NCBI RefSeq assembly: GCF_006345805.1
Contig: NC_042997.1
Location: forward strand, 33,170,001-33,234,000
Direction: 5' to 3'
DNA length: 64,000 nucleotides
Source of the DNA: Octopus sinensis
Taxonomy: Eukaryota
The notes below the pieces were generated by a model. It ran no database searches, was not told the DNA's origin, and worked only from the letters and a program-made list of their open reading frames with translations. The position numbers and the translations under genes were made by a program. Every line of letters starts with the position of its first letter. Within the stretch, counting starts at the first letter, position 1. This document shows positions 24,190 through 36,242 of the stretch, piece by piece.

Positions 24190-24366
24190 AACAGCTTTAT
24201 TGATTGCATTCTCACCTGAAATCGATTTTTGTAATTTTTTCAAGACTTATACATGCCCTGATACCGTCGGTATCTACATATCAAATTTGAGTGCAATCGG
24301 ATGGAAGATGCCCGAGATCCTAGAAGACACACACACAGACAGACAGAACGGATTTTATAAAAGAGA
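24190..24366 (-). mobile_element. Helitron-like non-autonomous element, 5' fragment
   Basis: Minus strand starts tctcttttataaaatccgttctgtctgtctgtgtg..ccgattgcactcaaatttg, resembling insect-type non-autonomous Helitron 5' ends; no 3' hairpin/CTAG found. Confidence 0.5.
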
Positions 24367-24548
24367 CAAGGTCAGTGATTGATAGGGGAAAAAGGCTTAG
24401 TCAGAACCATCGACTCCCAACTCCCTCAAGCACTTGACTAATTCTTCATTTTACTAACCTCAGATCAAGGTAAATCAAAGTTGACCTTGGAGAGATTTGA
24501 GCTGGAACAAATGCTAACAGTTGGGTCACTCCAATGATGATGTTGATG

Positions 24549-24579
<31 letters not shown>

Positions 24580-24957
24580 TTGTTTTATCTCTAATTATAC
24601 TATTTAGTAACAGGAAATACAAAGCTTATATAAACTTCATAAATCCCCGTGATAATCTTCTTTGAGTAGATCTTAATCTATTATCAAAGTGTTGCCTGTT
24701 TTCATTACTTGGATCTATGTATTTTACACGCTGTCTATAACTGTTTTGTACATATATTTATCTTAGTGTGTGTGTGTGTGGGCAAGAGTTTCAATGAGTT
24801 TGAGTATGTGTGAGCACATGCGTGCATGTGCATATGTGTCTGTATGCGTGTGTGTGTGTGTTATGTGTGTATGCATAATTTGGTTTTTAGTAACAACTCT
24901 TTGATTATTAGCTATACTGGGTAATTTAAAAAGAATGGTACAAAAAGAAAACATACT

Positions 24958-25112
24958 GATTTCCTTCCCCTCCATACACACGCAAGCATGTATCTGACTC
25001 TCATACATTGTTCGCTTTCCAGACATTTCTACATTACTGCATATACTTTATACGCACTTTCTGACAAGTTGTGGTGCACCTGAGCACTGTATACAATAAT
25101 TTCATTATTATT
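24958..25112 (+). mobile_element. Isolated CR1 3' UTR copy with ATT tail
   Basis: Nearly identical to 12935-13085 (cccctccatacacacgcaagcatgtatctgactc..gtggtgcacctgagcactgtatacaa). Confidence 0.9.
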
Positions 25113-25230
25113 TATACATGTGAGTGTTGTAAAGTACAGTTTGAGTTCTGGTATTAATGCAATTGACTACCTTAAATTTCAGGCCTTGTGCCTATAGTAA
25201 AAAAAGGATTATTATTATTATTATTATTAA

Positions 25231-25295
<65 letters not shown>

Positions 25296-25296
<1 letters not shown>

Positions 25297-25510
25297 GGCA
25301 GCAAGCTGGTAGAATTGTTAGCATGCCAGGCGAAATGCTTATCAATTTTGTGTCAGTCACTACATTCTGAGTTCAAATTTCACAGAAGTTAACTTCACCT
25401 TCCATCCTTTTAGGGTCAATAAAATAAATACCAGTTGAGTACTGGGGTCAAACAAATTGACTAGTCAGTTTCCCCAAATTTTCAGGCCTTGTGCCTATAG
25501 AAGAAAGGAT
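25296..25510 (+). mobile_element. SINE B2 between (ATT)n tracts
   Basis: aaggcagcaagctggtagaattg..gagttcaaatt..tttcaggccttgtgcctatagaagaaaggattatt. Confidence 0.85.
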
Positions 25511-25535
25511 TATTATTATAATTTTTATTATTATT

Positions 25536-26096
25536 GAGTGAGAGAGCAGTGCATGCCATCAAAGTGACACGGGTAAAATATACGAAGCCCAGTATAACCA
25601 TCATGACTACCTATCTGAAAAGGGTACACTAGGCACATGCATCACAACCATATGTGCGCAACGCAACATGGTGATCTCATATCGAGATAAACAGCACATG
25701 ACCTTGCAGGTAGGGCCCAGTTAGAATTTTCTTCTGGTTGAGTAGCCCATCCCGCTCAAAAGGTCCCTGAAAAAGGGTTGTTTAAGGATGTTGAACGAAA
25801 CACCCATGTTTCAAGAGGTGAATTATTCAAACCCCAAAGAATCCCTCTCAACACATAGCTATGATGCTCCTCCACTACTTCTGATCGTGGTCAGAGATGC
25901 ACATACCATCAGCCATTAAGGGACATGCTCAACTGGTTAATGTCAAACAACTGACAAGCAAATCTGTGGTATTGAGCAGAATATTTGCTGTAGCCCATCT
26001 TTTATACCAAGACAAAACAATGTACATGATAACACTTCCAATCAGTTAAGATCAGAAGCTATGAGAGCCACTGCCTTGTATTGCATCAGGGCATTT
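25536..26096. mobile_element. Family D, about 560-bp non-coding element embedded in (TTA)n
   Basis: gagtgagagagcagtgcatgc..gcatcagggcattt with (TTA)n on both sides; second copy at 34462-34904. Confidence 0.85.
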
Positions 26097-26796
26097 ATAA
26101 TTATTATTATTAATAGTTTTCCAATTAGGATATTTTGATACTGTCAGAAAAATTACTTTTACAGCTTTTAACAATTTCCTATCCAACATTTTGCCATCCT
26201 GTGATACACACATTTGGCTAGTCATACTTAAGTAAACAAATTAATTTATGTGATCTGCCAAGAGGCAGGAAGTTGGGGGGAAAAGGAGACAGTGGACAAT
26301 GGATGTAGCAAAGTTTGACATCATTACCATAAAGACATTATTTTACTCTCATAGTTGTCTTAGAGACAAAAATCAAATCTCCGACAAATAAATTCAATTT
26401 TCTAGAGTTTAAATTAAATTTTATAGAAAGTGCAGAGCATTACAATTTTATAGAGATGCTGTTACATTTCTTAAAAGTTTGGCTTTTAACTTGAATTATC
26501 TATTACAGTAAGAGTAAATATTGTCATTTTAATAGGGTTAGTCTTGTTTGTTTGTCAGTTACAAAACACACAACATCTCTCTCTTGCTCTCTGCTTATGT
26601 CTCTCTCTCTCTTTTTTTCACACACATTGTTAATTGATTTTTAATTCATAATTCACATAATTTGGATTAGTTGAAAACCAATGCTTCTCATGTATTCATC
26701 TTTCCAAGTTTACAAAGTGAAACATGCTTTTGCTACATGAGTTTTAATTGCTGCTAAACAATTAATGGACAGTTTTTAATGATGTGATTTCACTAA

Positions 26797-27190
26797 TCTC
26801 TCTCTATATAAAGCTGAAGTTGTCTGTGTATGGCAGGTTTGGTAGCCTTCAACTAACACTATCTCCTCCGAGACCCTGCGGCGCAAGTTGACCAAGATTG
26901 AGAGTATGATAGAAGAAGACTTGTTCTTCCTTCCGTAGAAGAAAAAAATCAAATCGGACCATGTTAACACCAAAAATTATTTACATCAAAAAGGTGCTTT
27001 TTTTTCTATGAAAGTCCATATTTTTTATGATTTTTTTGACTGCTGTGTCACCATTTTTCAGTGTATTTCAACCAGAAAAATGTTCTCTTAAAGAGAATAA
27101 CAAGCTACATAATGCAAAATTTTTACTTTTCAAAAATTCCAATTCTAAAGGGTCGAAACAAACCCGAGCAACGCCAGGTGGTACTGCTAG
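26797..27190 (+). mobile_element. Complete non-autonomous Helitron (394 bp)
   Basis: Inserted between A and T; 5' TC (a|tctctctctatataaagc), subterminal hairpin cccgagcaacgccagg (27163-27178), 3' CTAG|t, no TSD. Confidence 0.88.
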
Positions 27191-27692
27191 TAATAGTAAT
27201 AATGAACATAAGCACATGCACAAACATACCGAGGAAAGAACAAAGACAAATAAAATGCTTGTACCATTGGAAGATGAAAGTCAAAATGTAAGATATATGT
27301 ATATATGCTGACGTCCAGTTATTCATCACTCATAAATGCAGCTGGTAACATGTATTTTAGTACAATGCGTTACTTGGTTAGGTAACCAGCAATTAAATTG
27401 GTGGTGCTACCACCCTGATTACATAGAGAGGAAGTGTGCTAGAAACCCAGCTGGACAAAAATAAATAAAATCTGTCAAAAGGATGGGTGAACATAGCATG
27501 GAGTCACTAAATACTTAGCATTTGTATGCGGTGACATAAAAATACCTGAGATGATGAATGAGAAAGTGAATACCCCAAGGTGGGTATAAGATATTTTGGT
27601 GAGATTTATTTGGCATCTCTGATTTGACACTGACTTATTGACATCAGATGTTCAAATGTTTCCCTCTCTCTGTCTGTCTGTCCATCTCTCTC

Positions 27693-27748
<56 letters not shown>

Positions 27749-28099
27749 ATATATTTAGATAGATAGATACGTGTGCTCACACACACATACATGAAATGCA
27801 CATTAGTCCACACAATAGGTTACTTAAACACATACACACATACTCCCATACCCACACACAGGCCCACATAACCACATAATTTTATGTTCACCCACACATA
27901 AATTCACATGCACTCATCCCCATTCACACTTATTCACTCACACACACCATTCTTACACACACACACACGTCCTTGCACACCCTAGTTCAGCTGGATACCA
28001 TTATTATCTCCCTTTCACTCAACTACTTTCTTCCAGTCATTTCATCATGTTGAACTGTTAATCCATATACATTCTTTTTTCTCTCTCTGGGATTTTTTT

Positions 28100-28250
28100 T
28101 TTGTTCTCTCTCCATTTTTTCCTCGAAGAACGTAGGCTCAAAGCGTCAAAGGCTTTTCCATTCTTCCTGAGTATCAAACTAATACACCTATTTGTTGTTC
28201 CCTTACTTGTTTTCATTTTTTATTTTCTGTAAATTCGAACTATATATATA
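28100..28250 (+). mobile_element. Penelope-like terminal module with decayed hammerhead motif, ending in (TA)n
   Basis: cctcgaagaacgtaggctcaaagcgtcaaagg..ctaatacacct..ttgttgttcctta..ctgtaaattc then (TA)n; homologous to 45225-45403. Confidence 0.6.
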
Positions 28251-28470
28251 TATATATCTGTATGTGTACATTTCTGGTACATGCATGCATGTGTGTGTGT
28301 GAGTGTATGTTTGCCTCCAGTGCTAAAATGTACTTTTGCCAAAAGAGGTTGTCTCTCCAGTCAGCCACACAAAATCATCAGCATTCAAACCGTAAGACTT
28401 CTGGGAATGATGGCTAGACTTAGGCTCTATAGACATGGTGAAGGAAACTCATATAATAGAGAATCATACG

Positions 28471-28880
28471 CTTTTATTCTTTTACTTGTTTCAGTCATTT
28501 GACTGCGGCCATGCTGGAGCACCGCCTTTAGTTGAGCAAATCAATCCCAGGACTTATTCTTTGTAAGCCTAGTACTTATTCTTTGTAAGCCTAGTACTTA
28601 TTCTATCTGTCTCTTTTGCTAAGTTACAGGGACGTAAACACACCAGCATCGGTTGTTAAGTGATGTTGGGGGACAAACACATACACACACATATATATAT
28701 ATATACATATACATATATACGAAGGGCTTCTTTCAGTTTCTGTCTGCCAAATCTACTCACAAGGCTTTGGTCAGCCCAAGGCTATAGTAGAAGACACTTG
28801 CCCAAGGTGCCACGCAGTGGGACTGAACCCGGAACCATGTGGTTCGTAATCAAGCTACTTACCACACAGCCACTCCTATG
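28471..28880 (-). mobile_element. SINE A with a small internal tandem duplication
   Basis: Full A body; attctttgtaagcctagtactt is duplicated at about 28556-28600. Confidence 0.9.
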
Positions 28881-28916
28881 TCTACAAACTGAATATAAAT
28901 AGTTCAACCAAATATC

Positions 28917-29148
28917 TATTTCTTTACTACCCACAAGGGCTAAACACAGAGGAGACAAACAAGGACAGACAAACGGATTAAGTTGATTACATCGACCCCA
29001 GTGCGTAATTGGTACTTAATTTATCGACCCCGGAAGGATGAAAGGCAAAGTCGACCTTGGCGGAATTTGAACTCGGAACGTAAATGCAGACGAAATACGG
29101 CAACGCATTTCGCCCGGCGTGCTAACGTTTCTGCCAGCTCGCCGCCTT
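28917..29148 (-). mobile_element. Full-length SINE B1
   Basis: ctatttctttactacccacaaggg..ctgccagctcgccgcctt. Confidence 0.9.
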
Positions 29149-29838
29149 CATTATAGCCAATATAGTCTTTGATTTGCAACCATTTGTAGTACTCATTGAT
29201 TTTAGTATTTGCTTTGTTTTTTGATAATAAGTATGACCAAGTGAAACAGCGCAGCACTGTGCAAGACATGCTTTCCTTTTTATGAATATAAATATCTTTT
29301 TACAATAACAGCCGTTACTCATTAGTATAGATATCCCTTTGCAGCTCATTAACAAATAACAGTTATTCTTGTACGTTTGAAACAATGGCGCTATTGTAAG
29401 TGTACCCTGTATGCATCAACTTTAGGTATTCATTTACATTTCCTGCCCTATTCACAAGTAAATGTGGAGTCAGGCTAGAATGTCCAGTGTGTATTGCTAT
29501 ACTGTTTGCTTTCTGTGGTCAGTTGTGCATGATGTCAGGGCAGTACACTGTATCATTGGTGACTTGTTCGGCATTATGCAACTATTGCTACCGATACATC
29601 TCATTCGCTCCTTGTGGTCATTTGTCCATTTTCTGATAATGAATTGATCCACATGTTTACTGAGTGTCTGAGGCAGTAGTGTGAGGGTCAGCACATGATT
29701 GTGTATGCATGTTTGTGTGTGTGTGTGTGTGTGTGCGTGTGTGTGAGTGTGTGTGTGCGCATGCATAGTGTGTATGTGTGCCTGTGTGCATGTTTGTACA
29801 CAAGTGTGTGTCTATATGTATGCATGTATATATGTCTA

Positions 29839-29879
<41 letters not shown>

Positions 29880-29881
29880 GT

Positions 29882-30130
29882 GGAGGCATGTGGCTTAGTG
29901 GTTAGGGTGTCAGCATCATGATCATAAGATTGTGGTTTCGATTCCTGGACCGGGCGATACGTTGTGTTCTTGAGCAAAACACTTCATTCCATGTTGCTCC
30001 AGTCCACTTAGCTGGCAAAAATGAGTAACGCTGCAATGGACTGGCATCCTGTCCAGCTGGGGTACACATACGTCATTGAAACCGGGAAACTGGGCCCATG
30101 AACCTGGCTAAGCTTTAAAAGGGCGCATTT
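29882..30130 (+). mobile_element. SINE family F with V-SINE-like domain, tail type 3
   Basis: gcatgtggcttagtggttagg..ggtttcgattcc..gttcttgagcaaaac..aacgctgcaatggactggcatcctgtccag..gaaaccggg. Confidence 0.8.
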
Positions 30131-30164
30131 ATTATATATTTATATATATATACACACACACACA

Positions 30165-30660
30165 AATGTTTAAAAACTGCCTTAAAATTGCTTTGGCACA
30201 AACAGTAATTTCAGAAGTTGATTGAGAGAGAAAAGCTCTGGACCGAAACAGATTTAGGAAAAGACTGCACAGTAGTTGCTTGAAGTTTGAAAGAGAGAGA
30301 ATGAAGCTCCAGAAGATCAGGAGAAAGCTTAGAAAGAATGAACCAGTAGAAAATGGAGGAGTATTGATTTTCTCATGTATGATTTGTAGAAAGCAATGTT
30401 TAAGTCGTGCAGGCCTGGTCAGCCATCAGAGAAGACACGGGAATTGACACCTTGTAAATTATGACACAGCGATTGTTGACAACAGAACGTGCGCAACCTG
30501 TGAAAAGGTGTACCGTTCAATTGGATTAAAGACATGTCAATAGACTTCATACTGTGGCACTGGTTCCTTTTGCCAGCCAGCACAACTGTGCATTATTCAA
30601 TAAAATGTGCAAATCCTTGGTGAAGCTCAAGAGTCATTCATATAAGGGCCTCACATTGCA
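30165..30660 (+). mobile_element. RTE-BovB-like LINE C-terminal remnant with C2H2 zinc fingers
   Basis: FKNCLKIAL..D*ERKALDRNRFR..FERER..KIRRKLRK..FSCMICRKQCLSRAGLVSHQRRH, then further C..C-like segments (CATCEKVYRS, NKMCKSLVKLKSH). Confidence 0.75.
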
Positions 30661-31493
30661 TTACTAATGACTCATTTCAAATTTCAATAATTCTTCCTAG
30701 CAATGGCTTTGCTTGTATAAAAGAAAGCGGCCACTATATATATCATCATCATCATCATTTAACGTCCTCCTCCCATGCTGGCATGGGTTGGACTTTTTGA
30801 CAGGAGCTTTTTCCATAACATTGGACTGGCAAAAGTTTCGTGTATGAAATATGGTAAATAAAAACTTGTGGTAACATGTTGGTAGTGCTTAATGCATTAG
30901 ATACCATAAAGAGAGTTTAAGAAACTTCATCTTAATAAGGACTTTATCTAGACCACATTCCATAACAAATCCCTATTAAATGTTCTCTCCTTTCATATAG
31001 AGTCACCTTACTAATTATAAATGATAGGATTTCTCTATCTCAGGGAGTGTGTGTAATACAGATGCAAATATAAAAGTGTGTGTGTGTGTGTGTGCATGTC
31101 ACTATTTCTTGCAGAATTCCTTGTAAGTTGTCTTGAAATCTCAGGTTTCTCATGTAATAGACTCGATACATTGGCTTCATCTGGCCCATTCTTTTACGAT
31201 GATTTTATAATGAAGCCCACTAATACAGATATTCAGGTCATGTCTCCATTTTTAAGATAACATCCTCCCTTCCTGAAGGCCAGCCTTCCTTTTCTGACCA
31301 AACAAGGAAAAAAAATCACTCAATAAGCATGTTTTTTATAACTTTATCAGGAGAAGGGTATATGGTGATGCATTTACTGGTTATATTATTAAACTCTGAC
31401 TGAATTCATCTCCTGGCAACAGGTTTCTACAATTAAAACAGGTTTTTTTTCCATTTAGAAAATATGTGTTAGATTAAGTTGAGAATTAAGTGT

Positions 31494-31540
<47 letters not shown>

Positions 31541-31734
31541 GTATGTATAAGTGCTATATATGTGTACTCTTGCATTCAATAATAATTTGTATGGCTAGTT
31601 ATATCCGACAAAGATTGTTTTGTCAAAAATAATTGGTTGAGGTTTGCAACTGATTTAAAGTAAATACATTACATAAAACTGATGAATTTCAAATAGGGAA
31701 GCTTGGATATATATATATATATATATATATATAG

Positions 31735-31850
31735 ACGTAGAAACACTGCCAGATCAGACTGGGCCTGATGCAGCCTCCTGGCTTCACAGACCCCAGTTGA
31801 ACCGTCCAACCCATGCTAGCATGGAAAGCGGATGCTAAATAATGATGATG
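31735..31850 (+). mobile_element. RTE 3'-end copy (family C)
   Basis: gtagaaacactgccagatcagactggg..gcatggaaagcggatgctaaataatgatgatg. Confidence 0.85.
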
Positions 31851-31856
31851 ATAGAC

Positions 31857-31903
<47 letters not shown>

Positions 31904-32021
31904 AAGAGAACTGATGGAGACTGAAAGGCACGCATAAAAAGCCTAACAGAAAGTATTATATAAAATGGCAAGAGTAAAGAATGTGTGTGTGTATGTGTGT
32001 GTGTGTATAGCAAGGGAGAGA

Positions 32022-32528
32022 AAGGCGGCGAGCTGGCAGAAACGTTAGCACGCCGGGCGAAATGCTTAGCGGTATTTCATCTGCCATTACGTTCTGAGTT
32101 CAAATTCCGCCGAGGTTGACTTTGCCTTTCATCCTTTCGGGGTCGATAAATTAAGTACCAGTTACGCACTGGGGTCGATGTAATCGACTTAATACCTATG
32201 TCTGTCCTTGTTTGTCTCCTCTGTGTTTAGCCCCTTGTGGGTAATAAAGAAATAGGTATTTTATCTGCTGTTATGTTCTGAGTTCAAATTCCGTCAAGGT
32301 TGACTTTGCCTTTCATCCTTTCGGGGTCGATAAATTAAGTACCAGTTACGCACTGGGGTCGATGTAATCGACTTAATACCTATGTCTGTCCTTGTTTGTC
32401 TCCTCTGTGTTTAGCCCCTTGTGGGTAATAAAGAAATAGGTATTTTATCTGCTGTTATGTTCTGAGTTCAAATTCCGTCAAGGTTGACTTCGCCTTTTAT
32501 CCTTTCGGGGTCGATAAATTAAGTACCT
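32022..32528 (+). mobile_element. SINE B1 trimer (head plus 184-bp units)
   Basis: Units start at 32072, 32256 and 32440; junction aaagaaatag|gtattt. The third unit is truncated and followed by a MITE end (32533-32572, ..aaagggttaa). Confidence 0.92.
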
Positions 32529-33531
32529 GTTATTTGGGCCAGATATGGCCGATTTAAATACTAAAGGGTTAAATGATAACCAGGATGAGCAGGAGCTGTT
32601 AGAATAGAAATGCTATGGTTCATTGACTTGTAGAAGTGATGTCTACGGAATATCATTTTATCAAGCCCAAAAGGATGAAAGGCAAAGTGGACCCTCAGCA
32701 GCATTTGAACTCAGAATGTAAAGTCAGAAGAAATGCTACTAAGTATTTTTCCAGGTATTGCAACAATTCTGTTAGCTCGCCTCTTTTTTAGAAATTAACT
32801 GTTGATGCCAATTATAATACTTATATTTGAAACACTTTTGTTAAAAAGAAGTCTTTGTTGGAATTAGAATATGAATAAAACATTGTCTTATCAGTGACTA
32901 AAAACTGATGATGTACCAAGATCTAGTATAATTTTGTTATGTAAGTCCTTGGTTTCTTTAGTAATTTCCATAAAAGAATTAACAAAGAGGCACTAGTTCA
33001 CAGAAATATCTAACAAGATACAAATCTGTTGTGTTGCTTCCCTTAAAAAAAAATTTTTTTTAATAGTATGGTAGGTGGTGGCATTGGTAAAAGGCCATTC
33101 TATGAAAGGTGGGTGCTGAACTATGGATTGTTAAGAACTACTGACCTTATAAGTCCTTTTTATTTCAAAACAGCAGGGTCTGAGTTAAGGAAGATTTAGC
33201 TCTTATTTCTAGTGAGTGAGTGTCCACATAGAGAATTGCTCATCGACTTGTATGTATATGCTATGTTATTCTATGTCTTTCTGCATTGCATACAACAAAA
33301 GCTGTTAGCTTTGCTCCACTGATTCTTTTCTTATTCTAATCTCTAGAAATACCTAGTTCTCTCATTCCTTAGCAGTCTAAATTTATCTGCTATTATCAAC
33401 ACTTATTCTTCAGATAGTGCCCAAGTGGTTCAAAAATTCATCCCAGGTATTCTCACTTGTATCAAGTTTCTTGGTGTAATTTGTTTTATACATGTTTCAA
33501 TCTACAAGTTCAAATTACCATGACACACACT

Positions 33532-33571
<40 letters not shown>

Positions 33572-34189
33572 ACACACACACACACACGCACACACACACA
33601 CACTCACAGTTACTCCTAGAAATATAAGCCAGGTAGATAATTTTACATCTCTATATAACAATATCTAATATAGCCTAATCATAAAAGCTGCCCCCTCCAG
33701 CTTCATGAAAAGTATGAAACCTAATCGCAGCTAAAGTTATATAACAATAGCACAACCCCCCCCCCCCAAAAAAAAAGAAATAAAGAAGAGACCGAAATGA
33801 CAATGTGGGATCAAATATCATCCATTCCTCTTCATACAACAATTGTTTGGTTATCTCTCACACCATATTTGACAGTAAAGCTATGGCAGCTAATTTGAAG
33901 CAACAGTTCACCTTTGAACTTATACATTAAAGTATTATTGTTTTTTTTTTGTTTTTTTTTTTTGTTGGTTCCATTATTGTTATCATCATATCACATAAAG
34001 CTGCAATGTAACCTTTCCCATCTCATCATTTTATAATTTGCCTTTGTAATATCCCTCATCTGTTTTTTTTTTTGTGTGTGGCAACATTATTACTGTTACC
34101 ATTATTATTCCATATATGCACACAACAGAGTAAACTGTTGGAAAAGAAAAATTCCTAACATTGGGCAACAACAAGTAACATTAGATGCC

Positions 34190-34440
34190 AATAACACTGT
34201 TTTCTTGAGCTACACTAAACTAAGTTTTATGCCTGTTTCCTCTATCCATCTATACTAATTAGTCCTTTGCCACCATTCTTTCTTTTCATATACAGTCTAT
34301 TTACATTTGCTTTAAGGTGTAATGCCCCATGCAGAGTCAACTTTCTCCTCCTTCTATCCAGTGTTGATATTTCCTCTTTAATCCATTTGAGGATGGACGC
34401 ACTATATCTGACCACTGCAACTACCCAGATATTCATTGCT
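34190..34440 (-). mobile_element. R4/Dong-like RLE retrotransposon fragment (second family)
   Basis: AMNIWVVAVVRYSASILKWIKEEISTLDRRRRKLTLHGALHLKANVNRLYMKRKNGGKGLISI. Confidence 0.8.
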
Positions 34441-34461
34441 GTTGTTATTACTATTATTATT

Positions 34462-34903
34462 GAGTGAGAGAGCAGTGCATGCAATCAAAGTGACACTGGG
34501 GTAAAATATACAAAGCCCAGTATACTAGTCATGACTACCCGTCTGAATAGGGTACACCAGGCACATGCATCACAACCATATGTGCATGACATAGTGATAT
34601 TATATCAAGTTAAACAGCGCATGACCTTGCAGATTGGGCCCAGTTAGAATTTTTTTCAGGTCAAGTAGCCCATCCCGCTCAAAAGGTCCCTGAATAAGAG
34701 TTGTTTAAGGATGATAAACAAAACGCCCATGTTTCCAAAGGTGAATTATCCAAACCTCAAAGAAATTCCTCTCAACACATAGCTATGATGTTCCCCCACT
34801 ACTTCTGCTTTTGAGCAGAATATTTACTGTAAGCCCATCTTTTATTCTAAGACAAAACAATGTACATAATAACACTTCCAATCAGTTAAGATCAGAGAAG
34901 CCA

Positions 34904-34904
<1 letters not shown>
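34462..34904. mobile_element. Family D copy 2 (internal deletion)
   Basis: Collinear with 25536-26096 except for about 100 bp lost after 34808. Confidence 0.85.
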
Positions 34905-34938
<34 letters not shown>

Positions 34939-34989
34939 TATTATTATTATTATTATTATCATTATTATTATTATTATTATTTATTATTA

Positions 34990-35032
<43 letters not shown>

Positions 35033-35062
35033 CATTATTATTATTATTATTTATTATTATTA

Positions 35063-35098
<36 letters not shown>

Positions 35099-35243
35099 TA
35101 TTATTATTATTATATTATCATTATTATTATCATTATTATTATTATTATCATTATTATTATTATTATCATTATTATTATATTTATTATGATATTATTATTA
35201 TTATTATATATTATATTATATTATTATTATTATTAGATTATTA

Positions 35244-35280
<37 letters not shown>

Positions 35281-35335
35281 TATTATTATTATATTATTAG
35301 TATTATTATTATTATTATCATTATTATTATTATTA

Positions 35336-35371
<36 letters not shown>

Positions 35372-35638
35372 TATATTATTATTATTATTATTATTTTATT
35401 ATTATATTATATTATTATTATTATTATCATTATCATATTATTATAGTATTATTATTATTATCATTATATCATTATTATTATTATTATCATTATTATTATT
35501 ATATTATTATTATTATTATTATATTATTATTATTATTATTATATTATTATATATATATTATTATTATCATTATCATTATATTCTTTATTATTATTATTAT
35601 CATTATATCATATTATATATTTCATTATTTTATTATTA

Positions 35639-35714
<76 letters not shown>

Positions 35715-35750
35715 TATATTATCATTATCATTATTATTATTATTATCATT
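34905..35750. repeat. About 850-bp degenerate (ATT)n array
   Basis: Read directly from the sequence. Confidence 0.95.
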
Positions 35751-35914
35751 AAAGGAGATAGATTAGTAAAATCACTTGAGCTTTGAGCAAAATGCAAAGG
35801 TTGAATTTGCTTTTCAGTTTACCAGAGTTACTAAAGTAACAGTCAAGTATTAGGGATAATATTATCAACTAATCCATCCCCTAAATTTAGGCCTTGTCCT
35901 TACGTTAGAATCAG

Positions 35915-36144
35915 TTGTTAGGTTGGTGGATGGGCAAAATTGACAAAGTGCTGGACAGAATGCCTTGCAGTATTTGGTTGTAGATCTTTACAATCTGAGT
36001 TCAAATCCTACTTAAGTAAAATTTGTTTTTTTTATCCTTCTGTAGTTGATAAAATAAAATATCAGTCATGTACTAGGGTCAGTTTAATTGACTAAACATC
36101 TTTCCTGCCAACTTTCAGGCTTTGTGTTTACATTACAAACAACA

Positions 36145-36175
<31 letters not shown>

Positions 36176-36186
36176 TTACTACTACA

Positions 36187-36242
<56 letters not shown>

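Noticed and set aside
25536-26096. HDV-like or twister ribozyme at the ends of family D
   Set aside because: Could not build P1/P2/P3 or the twister L4/pseudoknot by hand; only simple hairpins found. A covariance-model search would be needed.
32072-32255. 184-bp SINE unit as a spliceosomal intron because it starts GT and ends AG
   Set aside because: No polypyrimidine tract before the AG (purine-rich gtgggtaataaagaaatag); microhomology tag/gtattt explains the junction.
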